Source of the DNA: Octopus bimaculoides
Lineage: Eukaryota
Direction: 5' to 3'
NCBI RefSeq assembly: GCF_001194135.2
Contig: NC_068981.1
Location: 22,664,737-22,728,736 of the forward strand
DNA: 64,000 nucleotides
A program made the translations under genes and the position numbers. The first letter of the stretch is position 1. Every line of letters begins with the position of its first letter. The notes beneath the pieces are model-generated. The model was not told the DNA's origin. It was given only the letters and a program-made list of their open reading frames with translations, and did no database searches. Shown here piece by piece: positions 1-11,880 of the stretch.

Positions 1-626
1 TATTATTTTAATCATGTGACTGTATGTGGAATGAGTTTGCAATTTATTATTATTTAAATGAGTGTATTCTTGGGGCAGATATTTCAGATAATTGCTCTTC
101 TTTGGACAAAAGCGTATCATTTATTCATTCATTTGTTGTAATATTTGAAATGCTTTCTCCTTTGTTTTTATCAATCTATTCTGCTTTACCCAAACCAAAT
201 AAGGACAATAAAGGAGACAAACTCATTTAATTTTATTGCTGCTAACTTAGTATTAAACAGTTGTTAATTTTATGAGCATGCATTTTCACTTTCACACATC
301 CTTCCCTTTGCAGCTCCCATTGATTATTCTCACTCCCTGTACTAAATGTGAACAGCCATGTAGCTCCTCTACAAGAAGAACCTACTCCCCCAACATATTC
401 TACTGCCTCGTCACCTAGCATAGAGCTGACCCTACCATCTTGGGTTTCATAGTCTTGATCTGCATTGCGACCTCACTAGTGCCAAAAATATCCAATAGAC
501 AATGTAAAGTGGTTGGAATTTGGAAGGGCATCCAGCCATAGAAACCATGCCAATGAAGTCCTTGGACCCATTGGATTTTGTTTGATCATCTAACCCATGC
601 AATCATGAAACACAGATGTTAGATTA

Positions 627-627
<1 letters not shown>

Positions 628-693
<66 letters not shown>
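628..693. repeat. (TA)n microsatellite
   Basis: Uninterrupted TA run; source of the YIYI pseudo-ORF 626-943. Confidence 0.98.
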
Positions 694-694
<1 letters not shown>

Positions 695-695
<1 letters not shown>

Positions 696-1090
696 ATCAT
701 CATTTAACATCCATTGTCCATGCTGACAGGTTAGACGGTATGACCGGGCTGGCATACTGGAAGGCTGCACAAGACTTCAATCTGATTTGGCATGGTTTTC
801 TATGGCTGGATGCCCTTCCTAATGCAAACCACTCCAAGAGTGTAATGGATGCTTTTACATGCCATTTGCATGACACCAGGTTGTGTTTATGTGCCACCGG
901 CATGGGTGCCAATTTGCATAACACCAGTATGTGCTGTGACTGATTTTGCTTGGCTGGTGGGTCTTCTTCTCAAGCACGACATAATGCCAAAGGTTTTGGT
1001 CATTGATTCCATGAGACCCAACACTAGAAAGGAATGCAGTCATTTTGCCTCCATGAGGCCCAATGCTTGAAAGGAACTCAGCCACCTTGT
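695..1090 (-). mobile_element. SINE family B (RTE-like 3' end with (GAT)n tail), diverged
   Basis: catcatcatttaac...tggatgcccttcctaatgc...gtgccacc is the reverse of the family core seen at 8659 and 22944. Confidence 0.8.
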
Positions 1091-2799
1091 CTCTGTGAAT
1101 AAATAAGTATTACATTTGACAGAGCAAGATAATAATAATAATAATTCCTCCTGGCTGGATATGTTTTCATGAAATTCTGAAAATGAATGACACCATTTGT
1201 GTGATGTTGATACTTACTGACAACTACGACACATTGTGAAAACAAGGAAACATGCAAACACACACATATGGTGGGCTTCATTCAGTTTCCATCAACCAAA
1301 TCCATTCACAAGGCTTTGATTGGCTTGGGGCTATAGTAGAAATCATTTGACCAGGGTGCCACACAATGGGACTGAACCTAGAAACATACAGTTTGGAGAT
1401 AGGCAGAGGGATAGGCATCTTTCAGTATCTATTTGGTTATTTCAATGTGAGCTTGTTGACACAACACAACCAATATTATATAGTAAAACCAGTATTAATA
1501 CTCCTTTTCTACCTTTCTTCTCTAAATCCCTGTTTTTCATTATCTACTGACAAACCCTGAGAACCTTTAGATTTTTGGCCATAAACATAAGCCAGCATCT
1601 TGTATCTGCCTTGATCTACAGCTGTTGTTTACAGAGCACACAAACTAACATTTCAGTCATTAGCCAGCTCAGCCAGGGAGCTATTTACCTCCCTGCTATT
1701 TCAGAGGTGTTACAGGTGCATTTTAGACTCACATGATAAAGCTTAGAATCTATTTTCGTTTCTAAATAGCCATATGTCTAAACCCAGCTCTTCAATAATA
1801 ATAAAGTCAATGTATAAGTGTGTAACTTATCGCCATCATCATTTTACATAGGCTTTCCATGCTGGCATGGGTTGAATAGGTCATCATGATTTGAGTCACT
1901 TTCCACTGAAAGTTACAGTTCCTGAAAACTAGGTGTTCTTCCATGTCATTTGACTTGGTTTCTATAGCTGGATGTTCTTCTTAATGACAACCACAACTGA
2001 TTATATTAGTCAATATAAGGGTCGTTGATTGGTCCAGTTAGTAGAGCAATGGACAAAAATGCTTTGCAGTATTTATGAACCATGACATTATGAGTGAGTT
2101 CAATCTTTGTAGAAGTCATATTTGCTTCTCAGTCTTTCAGGAATAGGTCCTAGCTGACCAATAGGGTTGAGCTAATCCAACTATACCCACCCTACTATGC
2201 TGGAAATCAATATAAGAAAATATTGGGCCAGTGTCATGTAAAAAGCACCCAACACACTCTGTAAAGTAGTTGGTATTAGGAAGGGCATCCAGCCATAAAA
2301 ACCATGCAAGAACAAGTCTGGGCAGCTATCTGGCTGCTTAGTTCCTGTAGAACCATCCAATCTAAGCTAGCATGGAAAACAGATGTAGCTCCAACACCCA
2401 TGAGATTTGAAGATGTTCCGTTTATGACCATCACTAATTACTTTTTTAGTCATAAGTAGATCTAAGGCTTCATTCTCTTTAAAAAAAAAAAATGGTAGTA
2501 TGATTTGAGGGAGATTTGGCTGCTATCTCTAGCAAGCTAATTGTTGATGATGGTGATAGTGATGATACTATTGTTGATGATATTTAGCCCTGGTCAAGCT
2601 GGCCTATGATTATATATTCCAACCATGACCATCTTGTCTTTTTATCAGGCATAGAGAATCTAGGACAACAATGGTGAACTTGACAAGCATTTCAGCAGTG
2701 ATATATCACAGGTTTTTAGGTGACACGTGGATTTTTTTCTATCTTGCTCCAGTCATTGGATTGTGGCCATGCTGGAGCATTACCTTGAATGATTTAGTC

Positions 2800-3196
2800 T
2801 ATGCATGGGCAACCTATGGCCGGTAGGCTGCATGTGGCCCCCGACATGTTGTTGTGTGGCCCTTGACAAGTTTCTAGGTTACTAATTTCATACTAAGACA
2901 AATAAACTTTCATACTGAAATAAATAAAATTTCATACTGAGATAAATAAAATTTCATACTGAGATAAATAAAATTTCATACTGAGATAAATAAAATTTCA
3001 TACTGAGACAAATAAAATTTCATACTGAGACAAATAAAATTTTATACTAAGAATAATAAAATTAAGAAGAACTGCAAAAAATTCTGTGTAAAGTGGGCAA
3101 GTAATATTTCATGCATATGTGTTTTATCAAGCAGCCCTCTTCCACTTGGAAATAATACGATTGTGCCCCCAGTTGAGGAAAAGTTGCCCATCCCTG
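2800..3196. mobile_element. hAT-type MITE with internal minisatellite
   Basis: Termini (t)atgcatgggcaac / gttgcccatccctg; perfect 8-bp TSD ATTTAGTC at 2792-2799 and 3197-3204; interrupts a SINE. Confidence 0.85.
2886..3062. repeat. 22-bp minisatellite (TTTCATACTGAGATAAATAAAA), about 8 copies
   Basis: catact recurs at 2889, 2911, 2933, 2955, 2977, 2999 and 3021, with a variant at 3043. Confidence 0.95.
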
Positions 3197-3397
3197 ATTT
3201 AGTCAAACAAATCGACCCTAGTACTTAATTTTTTAAAGCCTGATACTTATTCTACCATTCTCTTTTTGCTGGACAACTAAATCATGGAGATATAAACAAA
3301 TCAGGACAGCTTGTCAAGTAGTGGTGCAAACACACACACATGCACACATGGGTTTCTATCTATCAAGTTTTTTTAACTTTAAGTGCTTATGCAACCA

Positions 3398-3439
<42 letters not shown>

Positions 3440-3445
<6 letters not shown>

Positions 3446-3660
3446 GTCTCAGCACCCCTCAACTTTGACCCAGAATGTTACACCTGGGAGAAGAGAGAAC
3501 AGCACCAGCACCCAAATATTACCCATTTACAGCTGAGTAGACTGGGGCAATGTGAAATAAAAAGCCTTACACAAGAACAAAACACATTATCCTATTCAAG
3601 AACTCATGATATTTTGATCATAAGCTGAACACTTCAACCACCAGGCCATTCACCTTCACA
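3440..3660 (-). mobile_element. SINE family D (tRNA-like head, CORE/V-like body)
   Basis: cagctgagtagactgg..caatgtgaaataaa...accaccaggcc..ccttcac; same family at 12130-12390, 29630-29800 and 62600-62770. Confidence 0.65.
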
Positions 3661-3905
3661 TGTTGTGTGCTTTTGTAATCTGCTACACTTTGTTACATAT
3701 TGTAATATTTTGAGTTTTTCTTTCTTCAGCTTGAAATTCTTTCCAGTTCATACCATATTTCAATACACTAATAAACGGGTTGTATTGAAATGGCACAGAA
3801 ATGTGACTTGGTTCTTATATTCTCTATTGTGATGTCTATATTTCAATAAAGCATTCAAATTTTAAGTAAACATTTCTTGAAATAAGTTTTTGAATTTTAT
3901 TCAAT

Positions 3906-4275
3906 AGGCCCAGGAGTGGCTGTGTGGTAAGTAGCTTGCTTACCAACCACATGGTTCCGGGTTCATTCCCACTGTGTGGCACCTTGGGCAAGTGTCTTCT
4001 ACTATAGCCTCGGGCCGACGAAAGCCTTGTGAGTGGATTTGGTAGACGGAAACTGAAAGAAGCCTGTCGTATATATGTATATATATATATATGTGTTTGT
4101 GTGTATGACAACCGATGGTGGTGTGTTTATGTCCCCGTCACTTAGCGGTTTGGCAAAAGTGAACAATAGAATAAGTACTAGGCTTACAAAGAATAAGTCC
4201 TGGGGTCGATTTGCTCAACTAAAGGTGGTGCTCTAGTATGGCCGCAGTCAAATGACTGAAACAAGTAAAAGAGTA
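3906..4275 (+). mobile_element. SINE family A (tRNA-derived, full length)
   Basis: A-box-like TGGCTGTGTGG, B-box-like GGTTCATTCCC, central (TA/TG)n, 3' end tcaaatgactgaaacaagtaaaaga. Confidence 0.9.
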
Positions 4276-4424
4276 ACCAATTCAGGGATATAGATCCATT
4301 TTGCCAGCAGTAATCTTTCAGGTCTTAGTTTGAAGTAGAAGATCTAATATGATGCTTAATTTAAGGTTTTATAACACACCTTGTGTGTGTGTGTATGTGT
4401 GTGTGTGTGTGTTGTGTGTGTGTG

Positions 4425-4467
<43 letters not shown>

Positions 4468-5188
4468 AAACTTAGAAGCACGAAGAGAGTTGGGATTTTA
4501 CAGAAAATAAAGTAAATCTCGATTGCAAGATGGCTGTGGAAACAGCTTAGAAAATGGAAAAAAGTTGTTACCAGGCAGCTACAGAGAATCAAACCCTCTA
4601 CCTCTCAGATACTTGCTGAGAGGTACATGGTTCACGGCTATCCTGCGTTTGAGATATACATGTATATGCATGCACACACACCATCATCGTTTAACGATGA
4701 TGATGATGTTGATGTGTGCACATACATATACATATATATCTCAAACGCAGGATAGCCGTGATGTATATATAGTGTGTGTGTGTGCAGTACCGATATATAT
4801 ATCAAATAGTCTGAAGTATTTAAATGGAATATAAATATTTTGCATTCGTTTCTTAATACAATTTAAGATTTCATATATTTTTCATAGTATCTTTGATGTT
4901 TAGCAGAGTTTACACTGTTGCAACCATTCAGACCATCTTTGTTTTTGCTGAAAATACTGACCAGTATATAAGAGTTCAAAACTGGACATCAGTCATATCA
5001 ATCATACAAGCGTGAGAGAGCCTCCACCTCATATAGAAAAAGCAACAACAATCAACTTGTCTATATACAATAGTTAAATTAATGTTACTTTAAATGAGTA
5101 AAAATGAAAAACATGACCAGAAATATGTGTAGTAAAACAAAGCAATATTACTAAAAAAAACAACAACTTGTATTTTAGTTATTATTTC

Positions 5189-5240
5189 AGTACGTTCAGG
5201 AGACACGTTTCAACTTTATTCATGTCTCATCAGTGAAGTA
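5189..5240 (-). ncRNA. Degenerate hammerhead-ribozyme-like motif
   Basis: Minus strand reads TACTTCA-CTGATGA-GAC-atgaataaa-GTT-GAAA-CGTGTC-tcc-TGAAcGTA: both core boxes plus helix II are present; helix I is displaced by 3 nt. Confidence 0.4.
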
Positions 5241-5850
5241 TTGATAGTTCATTTGTAAGTGTAGATTTATTTAGCTGTTTATAAACAGTAATTCAGTAAT
5301 TTGATATCAATAGCAAACAATAGTTTGCTGTTGATAGTGGAGTTTTAAATAGTCCTCTTTCAGTAGTACAACCTCAATAATTTTCAGTCAGTCAGTAAAC
5401 ATTTATTTGAAGTGATGAGGGGAATATAGGCGGTCTAAAAGGTTTTAAAAAATAATTATAGGAAATATTTGTCTTGTTTGTTTATATTTTTCATGAAGAA
5501 AACAGCTCAGTTCAAAGTTGAATTGTAGGAGTTACCTCCCTTGACATACTTCGTTATTTTTTTTCTTGGATCACAAAAGTGTACGTCGTTTGAAATTACC
5601 ATTTCTCTCTCGCTCACCACCTCTCTCTCTCTCCTCGCCCTCTCTCTCTTTCTCTCTCTCTCTCCTCGCCCGCTCTCTCTTTCTCTCAAGCAGGTATTGT
5701 TCAGGTTATGTTATTTGCTGAAAAATACCTCAGATCATATTTATTGGCTTGGATAAAAAAAAAAAACATCTCCCCCTCTCATATATATATATATGGCTTG
5801 AGATGTGCAAGAACATCGTGTTTATATTTAATGTATGTGTATATATATTC

Positions 5851-6225
5851 TTTTCTTTTACCTGTTTTAGTCATTTGACTGTGACGATGCAGGAGCACCG
5901 CCTTTAGTCGAGCAAATCGACCCCAGGACTTATTCTTTGTAAACCTAGTACTTATTCTATTGGTCATTTTTGCCGAACCCCTAAGTTACGGGGACGTAAA
6001 CACACCAGCATCGGTTGTCAGGCGATGTTGGCGGGAGGACAAACACACACACACACACACACACATGCGACGGGGTTCTTTCAGTTTCTGTCTATCAAAT
6101 TCACTCACAAGGCTTTGGTCAGCCCGAGGCTATAGTAGAAGACACTTGCCCAAGGTGCCAAGCAGTGGGACTGAAACTGGAACCATGTGATTGGTAAGCA
6201 AGCTACTTACCACACAGCCACTCTT
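5851..6225 (-). mobile_element. SINE family A (full length)
   Basis: Reverse complement of the 3906-4275 type, ending accacacagccactc. Confidence 0.9.
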
Positions 6226-6499
6226 GTATGTATATGATTTATAAATTATATATATGCTTATACATGATGCCTGAATAATGAACCCAAAACCATGTTCCCA
6301 ACCTAATGCTTTTGGGTTCAGTCCCACTGTGCAGCCCCTTGGGCAAGTGTGTTCTAGTATAACCTCAGGCTGACCAAAGTCATGTGAGTGAATTTGCTAG
6401 TTGGAAGTTTCATGTATCTATGTGTGTATGATAGCCCTTGTGCCTCCTTTGACAGATAGAAGGGGATGCATATATATATGTGAGTGTGTGTATATATAT

Positions 6500-6700
6500 C
6501 ATCATCATTTAACGACCGTTGTCCGTGCTGGCATGGGTTTGACGGTTTGACCAGGGCGGGTAAGCTGGAAGGCTGCACGAGAATCCAGTCTGATTTGGCA
6601 TGTTTTCTACAGCTGGATGCCCTTCCTAATGCCAGCCATTCCGAGATGTGTAATGGGTGCTTTTCGTACCACCAGCACGGGTACCATTGTGTGACACCAA
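6500..6700 (-). mobile_element. SINE family B nested in the microsatellite of a family A head (6305-6490)
   Basis: catcatcatttaacgaccg...ctggatgcccttcctaatgccagcc. Confidence 0.8.
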
Positions 6701-7314
6701 TATCTGCCACAGATACACACACACACGAATATATTGTGTGCATATGTGTCTGTGTGTACATTTGTGTCTGTATATAATAGACAGACTCTAGCATGTAAGT
6801 GAATAAGATTTTTATATATTTTTTACATGCAGATTCGATTTCATTTATTTTTAATACTATCTTTGCTATTTTCATATGAATAATTTTAGCTATATTGATT
6901 CAAATGTATTAGAAATATGTCATTATCAAAAGGTGAATGTCGACTATCTTTAAAATGGTACAGTTTAGTGGTAATCTTGTTCAGTTGTCCAGGTATATCT
7001 AGTTTCACTGTCCAGGATGGTACACATGGCTACTAATACGTATGACAGGGCAGGAGACTGGCTATGCTAGAACCCTGAACTGTGGCAGTCTATGGAAAGC
7101 TGGTGGTGGTGGTTGTGGGGTTCTAGTGTATGTGTATGGAAGGGGTTGTTGAATGCGGTGGCAAGGTGAGTGATACAGTGGTGAGGTACGATGGAGAGAG
7201 GGAGATGGGACAAGATCTCAACTGACTTTGGTTGTAAACTGATTGATATTAATGTTAAATGGACTTTTGAACTACTACATGTGCTCCTGTGTGTGTGTGT
7301 GTGTGTGTGTGTGT

Positions 7315-7524
7315 CTTTTATCATTTACTTGTTTCAGTCATTAGACTGTGGCCATGCTGGAGCACCACCTGGGACAATTTCTTTTCATCAAATGAATTGA
7401 CTCCCAGCACTTCTTTTTTCTATTAAGCCTGGTAATTATTCTAATGGTCTCTTTTACTGGACCACCAAGTTATAGGAATATAAACACACCAACACCAGTT
7501 TGGTTATCAAGCAGTGGTGGGGGA

Positions 7525-7557
<33 letters not shown>

Positions 7558-7700
7558 CAGGCTTCTTTCAGCTTCCATCTGCCAAATCCACTCACAAGGC
7601 TTTAGTAGAAGACACTTGCCCAAAGTGTCATACAGAAGGATTGAACCTGGAACCATTTTTGCTGGAAAAGCAAGCTTCATACCACACACCCATGCCTGCA
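7315..7700 (-). mobile_element. SINE family A (diverged)
   Basis: tttacttgtttcagtcatt...gacacttgccc...accacacacc. Confidence 0.8.
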
Positions 7701-8276
7701 CCTATTTGCATCAATTTCTTGTGTTTATATTCACATTTTTACTCCAGACTGATATTATTTTATTCTCCAATTCAGTGTTTTGCCAATGTGGACGTGAAAA
7801 GTTTGGAGAAAATATTTTCACAGCTGGATGAAATACCAATATATATAAGTTTTAGAAAGAAAATTGTACTTCTTTTTTGGCTTAAAGAAGCCTATTCACT
7901 TCAGACTCTTTGAGTCACATGACATGTTCATGCTTACACCTATATGTGTGTTTGTGTGTGTGGGTGGATGGGGGCCTGAGTAGTTCAGTGTTGAATTCAT
8001 TACCCTGAGTCCATGGTCACAACTCCTGGACTTGAGCAAAATACTTCATCTTGTGCATTCTTGAGCAAAGTACTTCATCTGATGTTGATTTTCTACTGGG
8101 TCAAGGATGAGAGAGAGAGAGAGTCAAGAGGGTGTTTATGTCTGGTCACAACTACATAGACATCGAAAGCTATTAATGAAAGCATCGTACATTCTACTCG
8201 GCTAAACTAGCTTGCAAGTGATGGCTGTGGTTTTACACACACCAGTAGTTCATATATCCAAAAAAGAAGCACGCTT

Positions 8277-8503
8277 TAATCCTTTTGTTACCAACCCAGC
8301 TGAAACCAACTCTGGCTCTGAGTACAAATGTCTTGTTTTCATAAGTTTTGAATTAAAATCTTCCACCAAACCTTAGTCACAATTTATGTTCCAAACACTA
8401 GCTGAATGATAACTAAGTTATTTTACTAAATTCTTTGTTATATTTAAAGTAATTGAAAGAAATACAGAGCATCTCAAAATAAATACAATAACGAAAGGGT
8501 TAA
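8277..8503. mobile_element. piggyBac-type (TTAA) MITE
   Basis: Left TTAATCCCTTTTGTTAC, right ATAACGAAAGGGTTAA: CCCTTT/AAAGGG termini with flanking TTAA. Confidence 0.7.
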
Positions 8504-8658
8504 AGCCATAATATATTTTTTTAGGAAGTTAAAAGTTATGGCTGATCATTGGTTTTGTACCTATAAAGTGCTTAGCAGTATAGGTGACTCATCAAACTCA
8601 AATGGCTGAAGGCACTAGAACTGGGTTATTCTATGATCAACCATAACTTATAACTTCC

Positions 8659-8870
8659 TGCCAGTGCTGCTCGTCTGGCTCCCGTGCAGGTGGCACGTAA
8701 AAGCGCCCACTACACTCTCGGAGTGGTTGGCATTAGGAAGGGCATCCAGCTGTAGAAACTTTACCAGATCAGATTAGAGCCTGGTGCAGCCTTCTGGCTT
8801 GCCAGTCCTCAGTCAAATCGTCCAACCCATGCTAGCATGAAAAGCGGACGTTAAACAATGATGATGATGA
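8659..8870 (+). mobile_element. SINE family B (young)
   Basis: ggtggcacgtaaaag..cccactacactctcggagtggttggcattaggaagggcatccagctgtag...gcatgaaaagcggacgttaaac(gat)n. Confidence 0.9.
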
Positions 8871-9046
8871 AATATATATATATATATATATATAAACAGT
8901 GATCTGTTCTTGCAAGTGACTGTTATCCTTTTATATATATGGTGGTTGTCTACTCCTTATGCAAAGTTTGACCACCTCCTGTACCTACACCTTAGAACCA
9001 TCATCGCATCTGATGTGGTTTTTTAAACCAGACAATTTTTTCATAC

Positions 9047-9059
9047 CTATCTATCTATC

Positions 9060-9110
<51 letters not shown>

Positions 9111-9833
9111 ATATATNNNNNNNNNNNNNNNNNNNNNNNNNNNNNNNNNNNNNNNNNNNNNNNNNNNNNNNNNNNNNNNNNNNNNNNNNNNNNNNNNNNN
9201 NNNNNNNNNNNNNNNNNNNNNNNNNNNNNNNNNNNNNNNNNNNNNNNNNNNNNNNNNNNNNNNNNNNNNNNNNNNNNNNNNNNNNNNNNNNNNNNNNNNN
9301 NNNNNNNNNNNNNNNNNNNNNNNNNNNNNNNNNNNNNNNNNNNNNNNNNNNNNNNNNNNNNNNNNNNNNNNNNNNNNNNNNNNNNNNNNNNNNNNNNNNN
9401 NNNNNNNNNNNNNNNNNNNNNNNNNNNNNNNNNNNNNNNNNNNNNNNNNNNNNNNNNNNNNNNNNNNNNNNNNNNNNNNNNNNNNNNNNNNNNNNNNNNN
9501 NNNNNNNNNNNNNNNNNNNNNNNNNNNNNNNNNNNNNNNNNNNNNNNNNNNNNNNNNNNNNNNNNNNNNNNNNNNNNNNNNNNNNNNNNNNNNNNNNNNN
9601 NNNNNNNNNNNNNNNNNNNNNNNNNNNNNNNNNNNNNNNNNNNNNNNNNNNNNNNNNNNNNNNNNNNNNNNNNNNNNNNNNNNNNNNNNNNNNNNNNNNN
9701 NNNNNNNNNNNNNNNNNNNNNNNNNNNNNNNNNNNNNNNNNNNNNNNNNNNNNNNNNNNNNNNNNNNNNNNNNNNNNNNNNNNNNNNNNNNNNNNNNNNN
9801 NNNNNNNNATATATATATATATATATATATATA
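9047..9833. other. (TATC)n/(TA)n repeats flanking assembly gap 9117-9808
   Basis: N run bounded by simple repeats. Confidence 0.98.
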
Positions 9834-10241
9834 TAAAGAATGAAGAAAAAAACAACAACACAAGGTTATGGTACATGCAAAGCATTAGCAGACGCTCAAC
9901 GAAGGAAAGAAAGGTAGTTTTATGTTTCGAGCAAAGCTCTTCTTCAGAAACAGGAGAGAGAGGAAAGTCTAAGAGAAAAGGAAGACAGAGGAAAAAAATA
10001 GCCAATGATCCACATGTAGTTACATTTTGAAAAAAAAAAGGGGGAAAGAGAAAGAGGAAAAAGCAGGAGAGTGGAAGTAGAGCAGAAGATAGGTCGAGGA
10101 AAGACGAGTTAAAGAGGAAGAGTCACAGACAAATTATAATGAGTCACAGTCAAGGTACAGAAATGGTGTATTCCAAATGACCAAGGTAATGTAATCCAAT
10201 GGTAGAAAGAATTCCATGGATTAGGTACTCCAAAGTCAGTC

Positions 10242-10283
<42 letters not shown>

Positions 10284-10952
10284 CACCCATATATATAGGG
10301 TGGAAAGAAAAGGAGAACTGATATTTTATAAATTTATGTGTACGTTTAAATTTATAAATGTGCATGTTTAAAGCTATCAAGTCTATAGTTAGTGGGCTGT
10401 ATAAATGAGGTTTTTTTTCTCAATATTTTATGTTATCTCTCTTTGCAGTAACAAAATAAAGAGTCCCTTTATTCAGCCATCAGATAGGAAGGAGTTTAGT
10501 CCCTTAGTTATTGAAATTACTATCTTTATGTGTGAAGGAGAGAATAATTACAGAAATTACTGTAGTGTGTAAAGTGTGAATGCATGCTCCAGGCTGAATA
10601 GGATGAACCAGAATGATAATGTGTGGTAAAGCCAGTTAGCTTTAATATTCTCTTAGTAAAACAGAAAATTACAGGTTTAAGGAAAGATGAGTTTATATTA
10701 AGATTGTTAATGTTTTCTTCTACTGCTAATGTTACACAAAAGCATGACAATTCTTTAGTTTGTTCTTGTTATTGAAGAAATAATGGGCATTCTGTTTAAC
10801 TAGCAGGAATGGATCAAATTAATATACAGTAGCAATAAAAACAGATGCGAGGTGTGTGTATATATTGACATTTATTTCTCTCTCAATTATCTTAAATCGA
10901 TCAGAATCGCTTGATTCTATGTCTTTTATGACATTCTTATATCCTTCTGCAG

Positions 10953-11033
10953 ATTTAATATCCGTTTCCAACATTGTTTCTTTGTTGCGATATTTTTCTT
11001 TGTATCTTTGTGTTGTGTGTTAATTCCACTACT
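10953..11033 (+). CDS. Candidate 81-nt internal exon (phase 2-2), hydrophobic: FNIRFQHCFFVAIFFFVSLCCVLIPL
   Basis: Acceptor ttcttatatccttctgcag, donor CT|gtaaga, length divisible by 3, only one frame open. No homology recognised. Confidence 0.2.
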
Positions 11034-11483
11034 GTAAGACTTATGTGCAAGGCAGTTAGAAGCAACTAGCTCATAAATGTCCATGTATTTGTTAGATGTG
11101 AATGTTTCATGATGTATTATTGTGTTGACAGAAGGGGGGGTCTTGACTTCCATATGAATCTGGTTTTTACTCACAAAATAACTGCCATATCAACCACAAA
11201 TGACTGGTTTGTGATTGAAGATGGAATCAATGTCTGTGGCAGGAAGATTTCTTTTTCTATACAGACAGAAATGGGTCGAACGCTTAAAAAGGAAAGGTGA
11301 AAATTTCCACCAAAAGAAATTTAGGATTAGACTTTCCAATGAACTACAAGAGAATTGAGTGCACTTCATGACTTTGTTCCTTTCGATCTTTCACCCATTT
11401 TATCTAAACTACTTTCAGTAACTACACACAACTTGACCTATGAAGAACATAATTGTTTTTTATTTGAACACACCAGAGCATTG

Positions 11484-11620
11484 CTATGAGGTTGAGAAGT
11501 TTACTTCCCAATCATGTGGTTTGGGATTCAGTACCATTGTGTGACACATTGGGATAGTGTCCTCTATAGCTCCAGATTGCCCAAAGCCTTGTGAATGGAT
11601 CTGGTCAACAGAAACTGAAA

Positions 11621-11651
<31 letters not shown>

Positions 11652-11880
11652 CCATCCTTGTCCTGACATTGTGCGATCATTGTAAACGAGTTACCATCAT
11701 ACAGATGATGTCATTCATTTCTAATCTTTTGTGTAAGACATGTTTGGCTGCAGCAAAAATATTAGTTTGCTTGGAAACAAATCAGAGTTGGCAACTGGGC
11801 AGGTATCTGTCTGTAAAAAAATCTGCCTCGCCCATGCGAACATAGAAAAGTAGATGTTAAAACAGTGGATGTTAAAACAT
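11484..11880 (+). mobile_element. SINE family A head with alternative 3' body (variant A2)
   Basis: tRNA-like head, (TG)n, then ...gttggcaact..aaaatctgcctc..cccatgc..gatgttaaaac; the same body occurs at about 17850-18060(-), 24330-24560(-), 35940-36080, 41430-41620, 52790-53040 and 54410-54660. Confidence 0.7.

Noticed and set aside
2886-3062. CRISPR-like regular repeats
   Set aside because: Head-to-tail 22-bp units with no spacers, inside a hAT MITE in eukaryotic DNA; no cas genes.
3906-3990. tRNA genes
   Set aside because: A/B-box-like heads continue directly into SINE bodies; no complete cloverleaf or acceptor stem.
8959-10005. Longest ORFs in the track (180-300 aa), also 18559-19113 and 24702-25611
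   Set aside because: They run through N gaps and (TA)n; artefacts.
10926-11330. Minus-strand frame open for over 100 codons except one TGA (11190-11192): selenoprotein or readthrough idea
   Set aside because: No recognisable selenoprotein motif, no SECIS seen, no convincing splice sites; expected by chance.
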